Shown piece after piece: positions 1 to 31,130 of a DNA stretch of 64,000 nucleotides. Source of the DNA: Macrostomum lignano (lineage: Eukaryota). Where the stretch lies: contig NIVC01000863.1 in NCBI GenBank assembly GCA_002269645.1, forward strand, positions 62,001 to 126,000, in the 5' to 3' direction. The notes beneath the pieces are model-generated. The model did not search any database and was not told the origin of the DNA. It saw nothing but the letters and a program-made list of their open reading frames with translations. Position 1 is the first letter of the stretch. Each line of letters opens with the position of its first letter. The translations under genes were made by a program, and so were the position numbers.

Positions 1-59
1 AAGGCGATGAAGAATGGTTTTGAGTCGAGTATGACGTCATTAATCTGATCCCTGACCCT

Positions 60-480
60 CCCTATCCCCCACGCTAGCCTCACAATCCCCCAATCTAACC
101 TCAATATCCCCCAGTCTACCCTCCACTATCCTCCACCCTACCCTCACTGTCCCCTCACTAACCCCACTCTACCCTCACTAACCCCTTACTCTACCCTCAC
201 TAACTCCACTCTACCCTCACTAACTCCACTCTACCCTCACTAACCCCACTCTAAACTCACTATCCTCCACTCTACCCTCACTAACTCCACTCTACCCTCA
301 CTAAACCCACTCTACCCTCACTAAACCCACTCTACCCTCACTATCTTCCACTCTACCCTCACTATCTTCCACTCTACCCTCACTATCTTCCACTCTACCC
401 TCACTATCTTCCACTCTACCCTCACTATCTTCCACTCTACCCTCACTATCTTCCACCCTACCCTCACTGTCCTCAATATA
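60..480. repeat. 21-bp minisatellite (ACTCTACCCTCACTATCTTCC), SLC6 intron 5
   Basis: Direct tandem periodicity. Confidence 0.9.
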
Positions 481-532
481 ATGCGAGATCGAATCCAGCA
501 TTCTCTGCTCCCATATCCCACAGACGGCTCAC

Positions 533-3500
533 TTCATATAATCGTTGCTGGACGCCCTAACAAAAATGCCATGCAGTCTGGCCAAGCTGGCATTGTAGAT
601 GCCGTACAGGTAGCTCTCGGCGGTGCCGTTGGCGTCTCTTCCAGAGAACCAGCAGGTGCCGTTAGACTGAGCAGTCAGGTTGGCCCAGTTATTGCAGTTC
701 TCTGTCACCGGATGCAGCCTCCCGCTGCAGACTAGATTAATTTTGTAAGAATACGGATTTATTTACTCTCAGTAAGATTCCATGGATAAAGAAGCTGGAA
801 AATCATGCATAGATAAAGCTTGAAATTCAAATATAGATGAAGCTGGAAAATCATGGATAGATGAAGCTGGAATCCACAGATGAAGCTGGAATACATAGAT
901 GAAGCTGGAATCCATAGATGAAGCTGGAATCCACAGATGAAGCTCGAATCCATAGATGTAGCTGGAATCTACAGATGAAGCTGGAATCCACAGATGAAGC
1001 TGGAATCCACAGATGAAGCTGGAATCCATAGATGAAGCTCGAATCCATAGATGAAGCTGGAATCCACAGATGAAGCTGGAATCCACAGATGAAGCTGGAA
1101 TCCATAGATGAAGCTGGAATCCATAGATAAAGCTGGAATCCATAGATGAAGCTGGAATCCAAAGATGAAGCTGGAATCCACAGATGAATCTAGAATCCAT
1201 AGATGAAGCTGGAATCCATAGATGAAGCTGGAATTTCTTCAGAGCAATAGTTTCAATCGAAAGTCAGTGCTCACGAGGGGTGCTCCAGCTGCCGCACTCG
1301 GCCCAGGGCAGCGGATTGCTAAACGAAGCAAACAGATACCATAGTGACCAACTGATGATGATGTTGTAGTAGATAGCCGCTAAACTCGACACCAGCACCA
1401 TCCCAACTCCAATACCTGTTTTGTTATGGATTGCGCGCTTGGATATTAAATATTGACTTTCCCGAAAATCTGTAATTCTACGGAAAATTCCATCGATAGA
1501 TTTTTTAGAAACCCCGATTAATAGATTCTATGGGAAATCCCCGATCGATAGATTCTATGGGAAATCCCCGATCCATAGATTCTATGGGAAATCATCGATT
1601 GATAGATTCTATGGGAAATCATCGATAGATTTTATGGGAAATCCCCGATCAATAGATTCTATGGGAAATCCCCGATCCATGGATTCTATGAGAAATCATC
1701 GATTGATAGATTCTATGGGAAATCATCGATAGATTTTATGGGAAATCCCCGATCAATAGATTCTATGGGAAATCCCCGATCCATGGATTCTATGAGAAAT
1801 CATCGATTGATAGATTCTATGGGAAATCTCCGATCCATGGATTCTATGGGAAATCATCGATTGATAGATTCCATGGCAAACCCCGATTAATAGATTCTAT
1901 GGGAAATCCCCAATCGATAGATTCTATAGGAAATCCCCGATCCATGGATTCTATGGGAAATCATCGATTGATAGATTCTATGGGAAATCAATCGATAGAT
2001 TTTATGAGAAATCCCCCGATCGATAGATTCTATGGGAAATCCCCGATCCATGGATTCTATGGGAAATCATCGATTGATAGATTCTATGGGAAATCTATCG
2101 ATAGATTTTATGGGAAATCCCCGATCCATGGATTCTATGGGAAATCTCAATCGATAGATTCTATGGCAAACCCCGATTAATAGATTCTATGGGCAATCCC
2201 CGATCGATAGATTCTATAGGAAATCCTCGATCGATAGATTCTATGGGAAATCAATCAATAGATTCTATAGGAAATCCTCGATCGATAGATTCTATGGGAT
2301 ATCCTCGATTGATACATTCTATGGGAAATCAATCGATAGATTCTATGGGACATCCCCGATTGATAGATTCTATGGAAAATCCGGAACCTCCCAAACTAAT
2401 TTCCGAGCATGACTCACCGCGAAACAGAGGTGCGCACTCCCAGCAGGTGAGAGGTCCGGAGCTGCTAAATTGCCCAATCGCCAGCTCCATGCAGAAGACG
2501 GGCATGCCGCACAGGAACAGAAAGATGCAGTAGGGTATGAAAAACGCGCCTGGAAATGTTTTATACATATCGACGGATATAAACTTTTTATCATATGGAT
2601 AACATGGGTAAGCTTTTCAACTCTAATAGAATGGGTTTTTGTTCTGGTAAGAGGTCGATAAACTGGGTACCCATATGGCGCTAAAATGGGTACCCGAATG
2701 GCGCTAAAATGGGTACCCGAATGGCGCTAAAATGGGTACCCGAATGGCGCTAAAATGGGTACCCGAATGACGCTAAAATAGCTACCCGAATGGCGCTAAA
2801 ATAGCTACCCGAATGGCGCTAAAATAGCTACCCAAATGGCGCTAAAATAGCTACCTGAATGACGCTAAAATGGGTACCCAAATGGCGCTAAAATAGCTAC
2901 CCGAATGGCGCTAAAATGGGTACCCGAATGGCGCTAAAATAGCTACCCGAATGGCGCTAAAATGGGTACCCGAATGGCGCTAAAATAGCTACCCGAATGG
3001 CGCTAAAATGGGTACCCAAATGGCGCTAAAATAGCTACCCGAATGGCGCTAAAAATCTATTCAAATGGCGCTAAAATAGCTACCCAAATGGCGCTAAAAA
3101 TCTATTCAAATGGCGCTAAAATAGCTACCCAAATGGCGCTAAAAATCTATTCAAATGGCGCTAAAATAGCTACCAAAATGGAGCTAAAATGGGTACCCAA
3201 ATGGCGCTAAAAATCTATTCATATGGCGCTAAAATAGCTACCCAAATGGCGCTAAAATTGATACCCAAATTCCTAAATGGTTCTATTTTAGATTACACTA
3301 GCGAAATAACAGGTAACTTCGAAGGCACGCATCACAAAAGGTGCGAATTTTTTTAACCGATTTTCAAAAGTCAGCTGATTCTCACCGCCGCCATTCTTGT
3401 AGCACAGGTAGGGAAACCGCCAGACATTGCCCAGGCCAACAGCATAGCCCAGACAGCTGAGAAAGAAGTCCAGCCTCCCGCTCCAATTGCCTCTTTCCTG

Positions 3501-4693
3501 ATTTTCGTCATCAACATGGCCGTCGTTTGCTAACTGGTTGCTGCCCAGGAGAGTGCCACGGAGCTGTGCGACATTCGATAAATGTTCTTTTTCGGTGAGA
3601 TTTAAGAAAAGTGGCGATTTCTCCGGAGGATTTTTGTGGGAGCGATTTTTTTATGGGTTTGTATTGTCGGGCATTTTCTGATGCGTTTGTGAGGGGGGGG
3701 GGTTCTGATGGGTTTGTTCGGGGGGGGCGTGATTTTTCTGATGGGTTTGTCGAGGGGAAATTTTTGATGGGTTTGTTAGGGGGCGATTTTTCTCACGGGT
3801 TTGTTGAGGAAGGCGATGTTTCTGATGGGTTTGTTAGGGGGCGATTTTTCTGACAGGTTTGTTGAGGGGGGTGATGTTTCTGATGCGTTTGTTGTTGGGG
3901 GGCGATTTTTCTCATGGGTTTGTTGTGGAGGGGGGGCGATTTTTCTCATGGGTTTGTTGTGGAGGGGGGGGAGATTTTTCTGATGGGTTTGTTGTGGGGG
4001 GCGATGTTTCTGATGGGTTTATTGAGGGAGGCGATGTTTCTGACGGGTTTGTTGAGGGGGGCGATGTTTCTGATGGGTTTGTTGAGGGGGGCGATTTTTC
4101 TGATGGTTTTGTTGTGGGGGGCGATTTTTCTGATGGTTTTGTTGTGGGGGGCGATGTTTCTGATGGGTTTATTGAGGGAGGCGATGTTTCTGACGGGTTT
4201 GTTGAGGGGGGCGATTTTTCTGATGGGTTTGTTGTGGGGGGCGATGTTTCTGATGGGTTTGTTGAGGGGGGCGATGTTTCTGATGGGTTTGTTGAGGGGG
4301 CGATGTTTCTGATGGGTTTGTTGAGGGGGGGGGCGATGTTTCTGATGGGTTTGTTGAGGGGGGGGCGATGTTTCTGATGGGTTTGTTGTGGGGGGCGATG
4401 TTTCTGATGGGTTTGTTGAGGGGGGCGATGTTTCTGATGGGTTTGTTGAGGGGGGCGATGTTTCTGATGGGTTTGTTGAGGGGGGGGCGATGTTTCTGAT
4501 GGGTTTATTGAGGGAGGCGATTTTTCTGATGGGTTTGTTGTGGAGGGCGATGTTTCTGATGGGTTAGCTGATAAGGCAATCATGACTATACATCTGCATT
4601 TCCACACGGACTTACCCAAGTCAAAGCTCTCCAACATCTTGACTTCACAGCGACAACATCCTGCCTGTAGCTGCTGCCCTCCTTAGCGCCCAT
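533..4693 (-). CDS. SLC6 sodium:neurotransmitter symporter, amino-acid (glycine/proline transporter-like) type; 3' part runs off the window
   Basis: Exons (minus): 4693-4616 (MGAKEG...ALTW|gtaagt, least certain), 3563-3386 ([38 protein letters not shown]), 2549-2418 (AFFIPY...[31 protein letters not shown]), 1415-1275 (IGVGMVLV...[30 protein letters not shown]), 731-533 (extracellular loop 2). All junctions are GT-AG with matching phases. The TM1 signature GYAVGLGN has Gly, not the Asp of monoamine transporters. Confidence 0.93.
780..1235. repeat. 20-bp minisatellite (GATGAAGCTGGAATCCA(T/C)A), SLC6 intron 4
   Basis: Direct tandem periodicity. Confidence 0.92.
1480..2375. repeat. Variable 21-27-bp minisatellite (core GATAGATTCTATGGGAAAT), SLC6 intron 3
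   Basis: Direct tandem periodicity. Confidence 0.92.
2665..3270. repeat. 23-bp minisatellite (AATGGCGCTAAAATGGGTACCCG), SLC6 intron 2
   Basis: Direct tandem periodicity. Confidence 0.92.
3610..4570. repeat. About 30-bp minisatellite (GCGATGTTTCTGATGGGTTTGTTGAGGGGG), SLC6 intron 1
   Basis: Direct tandem periodicity with a variable G-run. Confidence 0.92.
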
Positions 4694-5134
4694 GATGAAG
4701 TTTTTTCGAATTGGCTTTCAATTCGTAGAAATATACGACACAATGTGCCGACCAAGTCAGATTAAATACACCACGCAGAAGTGGACTCGATTCGGTGAGG
4801 TCAGACCCCAGAGAAATGTCCACTGTTTAGCATATTGCGCAGGCAACCAGAACAAATTAAATTACCAAGGAGCAGAAATATCTCGAGCGCTTTCGGTAAA
4901 GCGAAACTCAGGTGCCAGGTGCCCTTTATGGAATCATTATAATGCAATCGATCGATAAGTTCGAAAGAAAAATGACCAAAATTAGCATACTGTCAAACTA
5001 TGCAAGCGAAATTGCGACGGTTAAATGAAAATCTGTCTTTGATTTACTGCCGAGTTTGGATATACGCGCATTTCTGTTGAGCTTTGAATGTCCTCGCTAT
5101 TGCTTCTGAGTTAATTGGGCTTTTCTACTTTTCT

Positions 5135-5660
5135 AGATCTGATTATCTGAATGACCTTGGGGAAATAGTGGATGGGAGTTTCCAGATCTGAATGACTTTG
5201 GAAAAACAGTGGTTGGGAATTCCCAGATCTGAATGACCTTGGAGAAATAGTGGATGGGAATTCCCAAATCTGAATGACCTTGGAGAAAAAGTGGTTTGGA
5301 ATTCCCAGATTTTAATGACCTCGGAGAAAATGTGGTTGGGAATTTCCAGGTCCGAATGACATTGTAGAAATAGTGGATGGGAATTCCCAAATCTGAATGA
5401 CCTGGGAGAAATAGTGGTTGGGATCGATTTCTAGATCTGAATGACCTTGGGGAAATAGTAGGTGGGAATTTCCAGATCTGAATGACCTTGGGGAAATAGT
5501 GGTTGGGAGTTTCCAGATCTAAATGACATTGGAGAAAGTGGTTGGGAATTCCCAGATCTGAATGACCTTGGGGAAATAGTGGTTGGGAGTTTCCAGATCT
5601 AAATGACCTTGGAGAAAGTGGTTGGGAATTTCCAGATCTGAATGACCTTGGAGAATTATT
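5135..5660. repeat. About 42-bp minisatellite (CCAGATCTGAATGACCTTGGGGAAATAGTGGTTGGGAATT..)
   Basis: Direct tandem periodicity, between TMEM209 and SLC6. Confidence 0.9.
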
Positions 5661-6144
5661 GGGTAGCAGCCATTTCGATAAAAACTGATGAACTAAAGCT
5701 AAAAAATATATCTTTTTGTTACGAAAGTTTTTTTAACTTGGTAAAATTATGCATATATTATTATATTTTTTCATAGCAACCAGATGTTGATAATAAAGAC
5801 ATGTTGCAGGTACAAGTGCAATATTACGTATTTACGAAAATGCTTTCATGGGGTAACATGCAGTATAATACGCATAAGATGAACAGTAGTAGTTGTACGA
5901 CAGCAAACACTTAACGAATTTTCAACAACATTAAACACAACAGTCGGGTGCCATACTTTTATTATAAGTAAAAAAATACAGTTTCAACCAGCAGTTTGCA
6001 AAAACTACACCTCATTACTCACAGTAAGTTTAGGGATTATTCTTAGAAAGCAGATTAGAGTCAATTCTTAGAAACTGAATAGTTTAAAGGCAACTTTTAA
6101 CACTGCTGTAGGAGCGATTCATAGAAAGTACGAGCGTATATCAG

Positions 6145-6300
6145 GGTGATTCTTAGAAAGTACGAGCTGATTCTTAGAAAGTACGAGCTGATTCTTAGAA
6201 AGTACGAGCGTATTCTTAGAAAGTATTCCAGAGAGCTGATTCTTAGAAAGTATTTCAGGGAGCTGATTCTTAGAAAGTATTTCCAGATGATTCTTAGAGA
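6145..6300. repeat. 21-bp minisatellite (GAGCTGATTCTTAGAAAGTAC)
   Basis: Direct tandem periodicity; dispersed TTCTTAGAAA seeds at about 6040-6070 and 6393. Confidence 0.8.
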
Positions 6301-6454
6301 GTATATCAGGGAGGTGGTTTGCAGACATTTCCCAAACAAACAGTTAAGGTTATAATATCGTATTATAAGTTACAAAAAATACTTCAGATTAATTCTTAGA
6401 AAGTAAACCAAGGAGCCACTAAACATTTCCAGTCTTCATACAAAAACTAACAAA

Positions 6455-24916
<18,462 letters not shown>

Positions 24917-25038
24917 GCCCGCTTTTCGGCTGGCGAATTGATGATTGAAAATAGCCGAGTGCGACAGCTGATCGATGTCTCAATGGCTGTTTGCGATTTC
25001 ATCTCATGATGGCTGTCTTAGTATCTGTCTGTCAGTCA

Positions 25039-25093
<55 letters not shown>

Positions 25094-25689
25094 CAACAAT
25101 AATAACAGGCCGTGAATAATAATTAGTATTTGTGCTTGGATGAAATTTCCAACCCCGAACTTCCATCTGCATCGACATTACCGGTACACCTGTTACTGCA
25201 AATGACACAGGTAGAAATGTATGGCACATTATGCAGTGTGGCTGCTGCAATATCATTATCTGTACTGATCACGATTATTACATATCAGAGTATTTTTGTT
25301 TCATTTAATATAGTTGTAAACTTAATATCTCTTAGGTTTGTATTACATTACATTTACGATGTGCACCGTTTATGCGAACTACTTAGGTTAAGTAAAAGTA
25401 CATTTGTCAGTCTATCTAGTCTGTTTATGACTCGTTCCCGAGTTTTAAAAGAGAACAATTTTAAACAACCTTCTGTTTTATTTTGCTTAATTTTTTAAAC
25501 TCAATTCTATTTCGTTATTGGTGCAAGGCAAAAAATTATTGCTTAATTGTTGTGGCCAGTTTTGGTGTAACAAAATATTAATATGCGGCTAATTGATTTG
25601 TCTTACCAAGTGTTAATTAAAGTCGTGCAATCATTACACCCAACTGACAGGTCTTAATATGGTGCTGTCTTGATTTTTTGTGCGGGGAA

Positions 25690-26290
25690 TTGTTTACTGC
25701 TGAGTGTGGGGTGGGGGAAATTTTTTACTACTGAGTGTGCAGGGAATTGTTTACTGCTGAGTGTGAGGGGAATTGTTTACTGCTGAGTGTGAGGGGAATT
25801 GTTTACTGCTGAGTGTGGGGGGGGGGGAATTGTTTACTGCTGAGTGTGAGGGGAATTGTTTACTGCTGAGTGTGAGGGGGAACTGTTTACTGCTGAGTGT
25901 GGGGGGGGGAACTGTTTACTGCTGAGTGTGAGGGGAATTGTTTACTGCTGAGTGTGAGGGGGAACTGTTTACTGCTGAGTGTGGGGGGGAATTGATTACT
26001 GCTGAGTGTGAGGGGGGAACTCTACTGCTGAGTGTGAGGGGGAACTGTTTACTGCTGAGTGTGGGGGGGAATTGATTACTGCTGAGTGTGAGGGGGAATT
26101 GTTTACTGCTGGGTGTGAGGGGAATTGATTACTGCTGAGTGTGAGGGGGAACTGTTTAATGCTGAGTGTGAGGGGGAATTGTTTACTGCTGAGAGTGAGG
26201 GGGAACTGTTTACTGCTGAGTGTGGGGGGGGGAATTGTTTACTGCTGAGAGTGAGGGGGAACTGTTTACTGCTGAGTGTGAGGGGAATTT
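25690..26290. repeat. 26-30-bp minisatellite (TGTTTACTGCTGAGTGTG + variable G-run + AAT) upstream of the GPCR
   Basis: Direct. Confidence 0.92.
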
Positions 26291-26502
26291 TTTAATGCTT
26301 AATTATTCTGGCAGATGCCGGAGATGAAGAAGCTCTGGATTCAGCAATCTGATTGGACCCGTCAGTCTTAGCCAATGGCGAGCCTACAAACGCATTTTAC
26401 CGTATAAGAACTGTACCTTCATACCTCGGGAACTTCCTAAACTTGCTGTATGTGTCAGACGAATGCAAAATCTTTTCTAAAATTTCTTTTGAGTTCCTGG
26501 AA

Positions 26503-27723
26503 ATGCTTGCTCACCTGGCTACGCCGGGCGAGTGTCTGAGTCGCGAACTTCAGGCGTGGAATTTGAGCAACGGCGCCTCAACCGGCAATGTTGGCGGGTC
26601 TCCAAGCGAAGGTCAAGAGATAACAATCTACCTGTGGATCACCTGCATTCTGGCCACTCTCAACGCTGTCACAAACGGATTCTCATTAATTGTATTCGTT
26701 CTCGATCGAAAAAATGTCAGCATGCGTCGGTTGCTGCTTCTGCTATCGCTGTCTGAGACTGTGCTCAACATCTGCATGTCGGTGAATCTTGGCGTCATGC
26801 TCAGCGTGGGAAAGGAGCGCGAATTTTCGAGTTTTCCCAACGCCATCACTGGATTGTTCTTCCTGTCCTTCATGCTGTTCAACGGGTACATCATGATCAG
26901 GAACTGGTGCCTCGTCATGATCGCTGGCACCCGTTGCGAGGCGGTGCGCAACCCGCTGAGCACGAGAAGCGGTCAGACGTTTAGTCCGAGTCGAACCCTG
27001 CTAGGCTACATCGTGTTGAGCATAGTGAGTCTGGGGGTTTACACCCCGCGTCTGTTCGAGTTCACCTGGATAGTCTACCGGCTGCCGTGCAACTCTACCG
27101 CTGGGCTGAACGACTCTACTGCGGTTGAGTACCTGCTGACTACCAATTCGCACTACATCCTGGATGCTATCCCAGCCTACGGTTACTACAAGACCATGCT
27201 GCTGTTCCCGCTGCAGACCATCCTGCCCATACTGCTCATCGCCGGCTTGAGCTTCCTCATCGTTGTCACTCTTCGGCGTCGTCGGGAGTTTCAACAGCCG
27301 CAGCCGCAGAGCAGCCAGGCAGCGGCCCGGGTGAGTCAGGACGCCGCCACAAAGACCGTCATGGTGCTGATGCTGGCCTTCATCATCTGCGAGCTGCCTA
27401 CATTCGTGTTTTTCGTCCTGAATCGGACTGTGTTCCGAACTCTGTCTAATTACGCTGAAGTTCGAACGCACACCACCTTTATTGGCAACATCCTGGTGTG
27501 CTTGGACAGCTTCAGCAACTTCATCATCTACAGCAGCACCAGCAACAGTTTCCGGGAAACCGTGCGAGTCATCTTCCGCTTGTCGGACGCTAAGAGGTCG
27601 AGGCGACAGCAAGATGGCATGCGAAACTACATCGCTTTGAGGGCGTGTAGGGGCTCGGCGGTCAATGCGGCGGCTGCTGGGGGTGCGGGACCGGCAAACC
27701 CTGCAGAGGAAAATGCGCTCTGA
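26503..27723 (+). CDS. Divergent class A (rhodopsin-like) GPCR with uninterrupted CDS, peptide-receptor-like orphan
   Basis: Seven hydrophobic segments: TM1 ending LNAVTNGFSLIVFV, TM3 end MIAGTRCEAVRNPL, TM4 VYTPRLFE, TM5 FPLQTILP, TM6 FIICELP, TM7 LDSFSNFIIY followed by helix-8-like SNSFRETV. The first in-frame ATG is 26503; the track start at 26353 is a TTG. Confidence 0.88.
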   Translation: MLAHLATPGECLSRELQAWNLSNGASTGNVGGSPSEGQEITIYLWITCILATLNAVTNGFSLIVFVLDRKNVSMRRLLLLLSLSETVLNICMSVNLGVMLSVGKEREFSSFPNAITGLFFLSFMLFNGYIMIRNWCLVMIAGTRCEAVRNPLSTRSGQTFSPSRTLLGYIVLSIVSLGVYTPRLFEFTWIVYRLPCNSTAGLNDSTAVEYLLTTNSHYILDAIPAYGYYKTMLLFPLQTILPILLIAGLSFLIVVTLRRRREFQQPQPQSSQAAARVSQDAATKTVMVLMLAFIICELPTFVFFVLNRTVFRTLSNYAEVRTHTTFIGNILVCLDSFSNFIIYSSTSNSFRETVRVIFRLSDAKRSRRQQDGMRNYIALRACRGSAVNAAAAGGAGPANPAEENAL

Positions 27724-27769
27724 GATCCACTGCCTGAAGTTGCAGTTCGGTTTGTTTGGTGACCTGAAA

Positions 27770-27900
27770 AGGGAGGGGCAGCAGGCACTGAGGGATCTGA
27801 GGGGAGGGGCAGCAGGCACTGAAGGATCTGAGGGGAGGGGCAGCAGGCACTGAAGGATCTGAGGGGAGAGGCAGCAGGCACTGAAGGATCTGAGGCAAGA
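27770..27900. repeat. 31-bp tandem repeat just 3' of the GPCR stop
   Basis: GCAGGCACTG recurs at 27781 and 27812, and twice more. Confidence 0.85.
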
Positions 27901-28299
27901 AGCTGCATAAAAACATGATTTCACAGTCCTGTAAATAATAGTACGTTCAGCACTTCTGGTATGAAATGAAAAAGTCATTAACTACATAATTTTGTTTAAA
28001 AATGTCACTTGAAGCTGCGCTCGTGTGTTTATTTCAATTTTTAAGCTAATGGAATCAATAGATAGGACTTTGAATAATTACTCATGAATCTCAACCTAGT
28101 TCTCAACGATTTACCTTTATTTGTAAAAAATTATTTTAAAAATTCAGTTTTTATTTTTACTGTGTCTTCTACGTCGTTTTCATCGAAAAATATCTTGAGT
28201 GCAGAAGCACTAAATAAAAAGTAAAAAAAATATTTTGCTAAGCTCTCAAAAGAATATAAAATTTCTCATGGAGACAACTTTGTACTTGTTAAAAAAGAT

Positions 28300-29110
<811 letters not shown>

Positions 29111-29469
29111 ATCCTTGAGATTAGGGACGTATTCGCCCAGCTAATTTGCATGCGCAGGGAAATGAAGTGGGGGATCAGGCAAGTTTATCAATGCACTCCG
29201 TCACTCGCATGCTCAAACATTGCTGGGCCTCACTTTTCCCCATTACTCGAGTCGAAGGCCGCATTATCAGCGACATCAATCAATCTGAGGACGCGAGCCT
29301 GCCGTGGCAACTGTCTGCTGTAACCGATTTTGTAATTTGATTCTGTTGCGAAGCGCGAATATCGACACAGAAAGAGGAAATTGGAGGAAAACGGAGGAGT
29401 TTCAAGATTTTGACGGGGCATCGACGTGACGTGAAGTCTTCGACACCACAGAGAGTAAGAAAAGGATAG

Positions 29470-29720
29470 AGGCAGAGAAGAGGGAGGCAATGAGAGGGAG
29501 GTAGTGAAAGGGAGACAGTGAGAGGGAGACAGTGAGAGGGAGGCAGAGAAGAGGGAGGCAGTGAGAGGGAGACAGTGAGAGGGAGACAGTGAGAGGGAGG
29601 CAGTGAGAGGGAGGCAGTGAGAGGGAGACAGTGAGAGGGAGACAGTGAGAGGGAGACAGTGAGAGGAAGACAGTGAGAGGGAGGCAGTGAGAGGGAGACA
29701 GTGAGAGGGAGGCAGTGAGA
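29470..29720. repeat. 15-bp minisatellite (GAGACAGTGAGAGGG)
   Basis: Direct. Confidence 0.88.
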
Positions 29721-30104
29721 TGGATAAAAATTAAGGAAAAACGAAATTTCACGGAGACTGTCACAAATATCATTGGAGCTGGTTACACATTAAAAAATAT
29801 ATGCTGTAAAGCAGGGAGAATGTTTTGTGAACTCCAGTTCCGGGACAACCGCAGCAGATCACTCCCGAATTCACGACCATCAGGCTAGCCGCGCTAATAC
29901 AAATTTTTCCTGTTCGTTTTCTCGGCCTGGTTCTAGGAGAGCCGATACAAGCGGATCATGAAGGCACAGCTAGGATTTTTATTGCCGTAACTCGATTTCG
30001 ACGGATTAGGGATAGACAGTGTCAAATTATATTCTGGCAGATCGTAAAAAATTATTAATCCTCGAATTTCATGCCAATAAGTGCAGCTGAACAAGTAATT
30101 CGGC

Positions 30105-31130
30105 CTCTCCATCCCGCCTCTCCATCCCGCCTCTCTATCCCGCCTCTCTATCCCGCCTCTCCATCCCGCCTCTCTATCTCGCCTCTCCATCTCGCCTCTC
30201 TATCTCGCCTCTCCATCTCGCCTCTCTATCTCGCCTCTCTATCCCGCCTCTCTATCTCGCCTCTCTATCTCGCCTCTCTATCTCGCCTCTCTATCTCGCC
30301 TCTCTATCTCGCCTCTCTATCTCGCCTCTCTATCCCGCCTCTCTATCTCGCCTCTCTATCTCGCCTCTCTATCTCGCCTCTCTATCTCGCCTCTCTATCC
30401 CGCCTCTCTATCTCGCCTCTCTATCTCGCCTCTCTATCCCGCCTCTCTATCTCGCCTCTCTATCTCGCCTCTCTATCTCGCCTCTCTATCTCGCCTCTCT
30501 ATCTCGCCTCTCTATCTCGCCTCTCTATCTCGCCTCTCTATCCCGCCTCTCTATCTCGCCTCTCTATCCGCCTCTCTATCTCGCCTCTCTATCTCGCCTC
30601 TCTATCTCGCCTCTCTATCTCGCCTCTCTATCTCGCCTCTCTATCTCGCCTCTCTATCCCGCCTCTCTATCTCGCCTCTCTATCTCGCCTCTCTATCCCG
30701 CCTCTCTATCTCGCCTCTCTATCTCGCCTCTCTATCCCGCCTCTCTATCTCGCCTCTCTATCTCGCCTCTCTATCCCGCCTCTCTATCTCGCCTCTCTAT
30801 CTCGCCTCTCTATCTCGCCTCTCTATCTCGCCTCTCTATCTCGCCTCTCTATCCCGCTTCTCTATCTCCCCCTCTAACTCTCCTCTCTTCTCCCTATATA
30901 TCCCACCCCTTATCTCCCCCTCTATCTCCTTCTCTATCTCCCTCTCTTCTTCCACTCGATCTCCCCCTCTATCTCCCCACTCCAACCCTCTCTCTATCCC
31001 CTCTCTCTTCTCCCCTCTCTTCTCACCTCTCTATCTCCCTCTCTAACTCCCCTCTTCTCCCCTCTCTTCTCCTCTCTCTATTTCCCCTTTGTATCTCCCC
31101 TCTCCATTCCACTCTCTGTCTCCCCTTTAT
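30105..31130. repeat. 13-bp minisatellite (CGCCTCTCTATCT) fading into a degenerate CT-rich tract
   Basis: Direct. Confidence 0.92.

Noticed and set aside
1-55. Next SLC6 exon
   Set aside because: Two possible acceptors, neither giving a recognisable SLC6 motif in the few codons visible.
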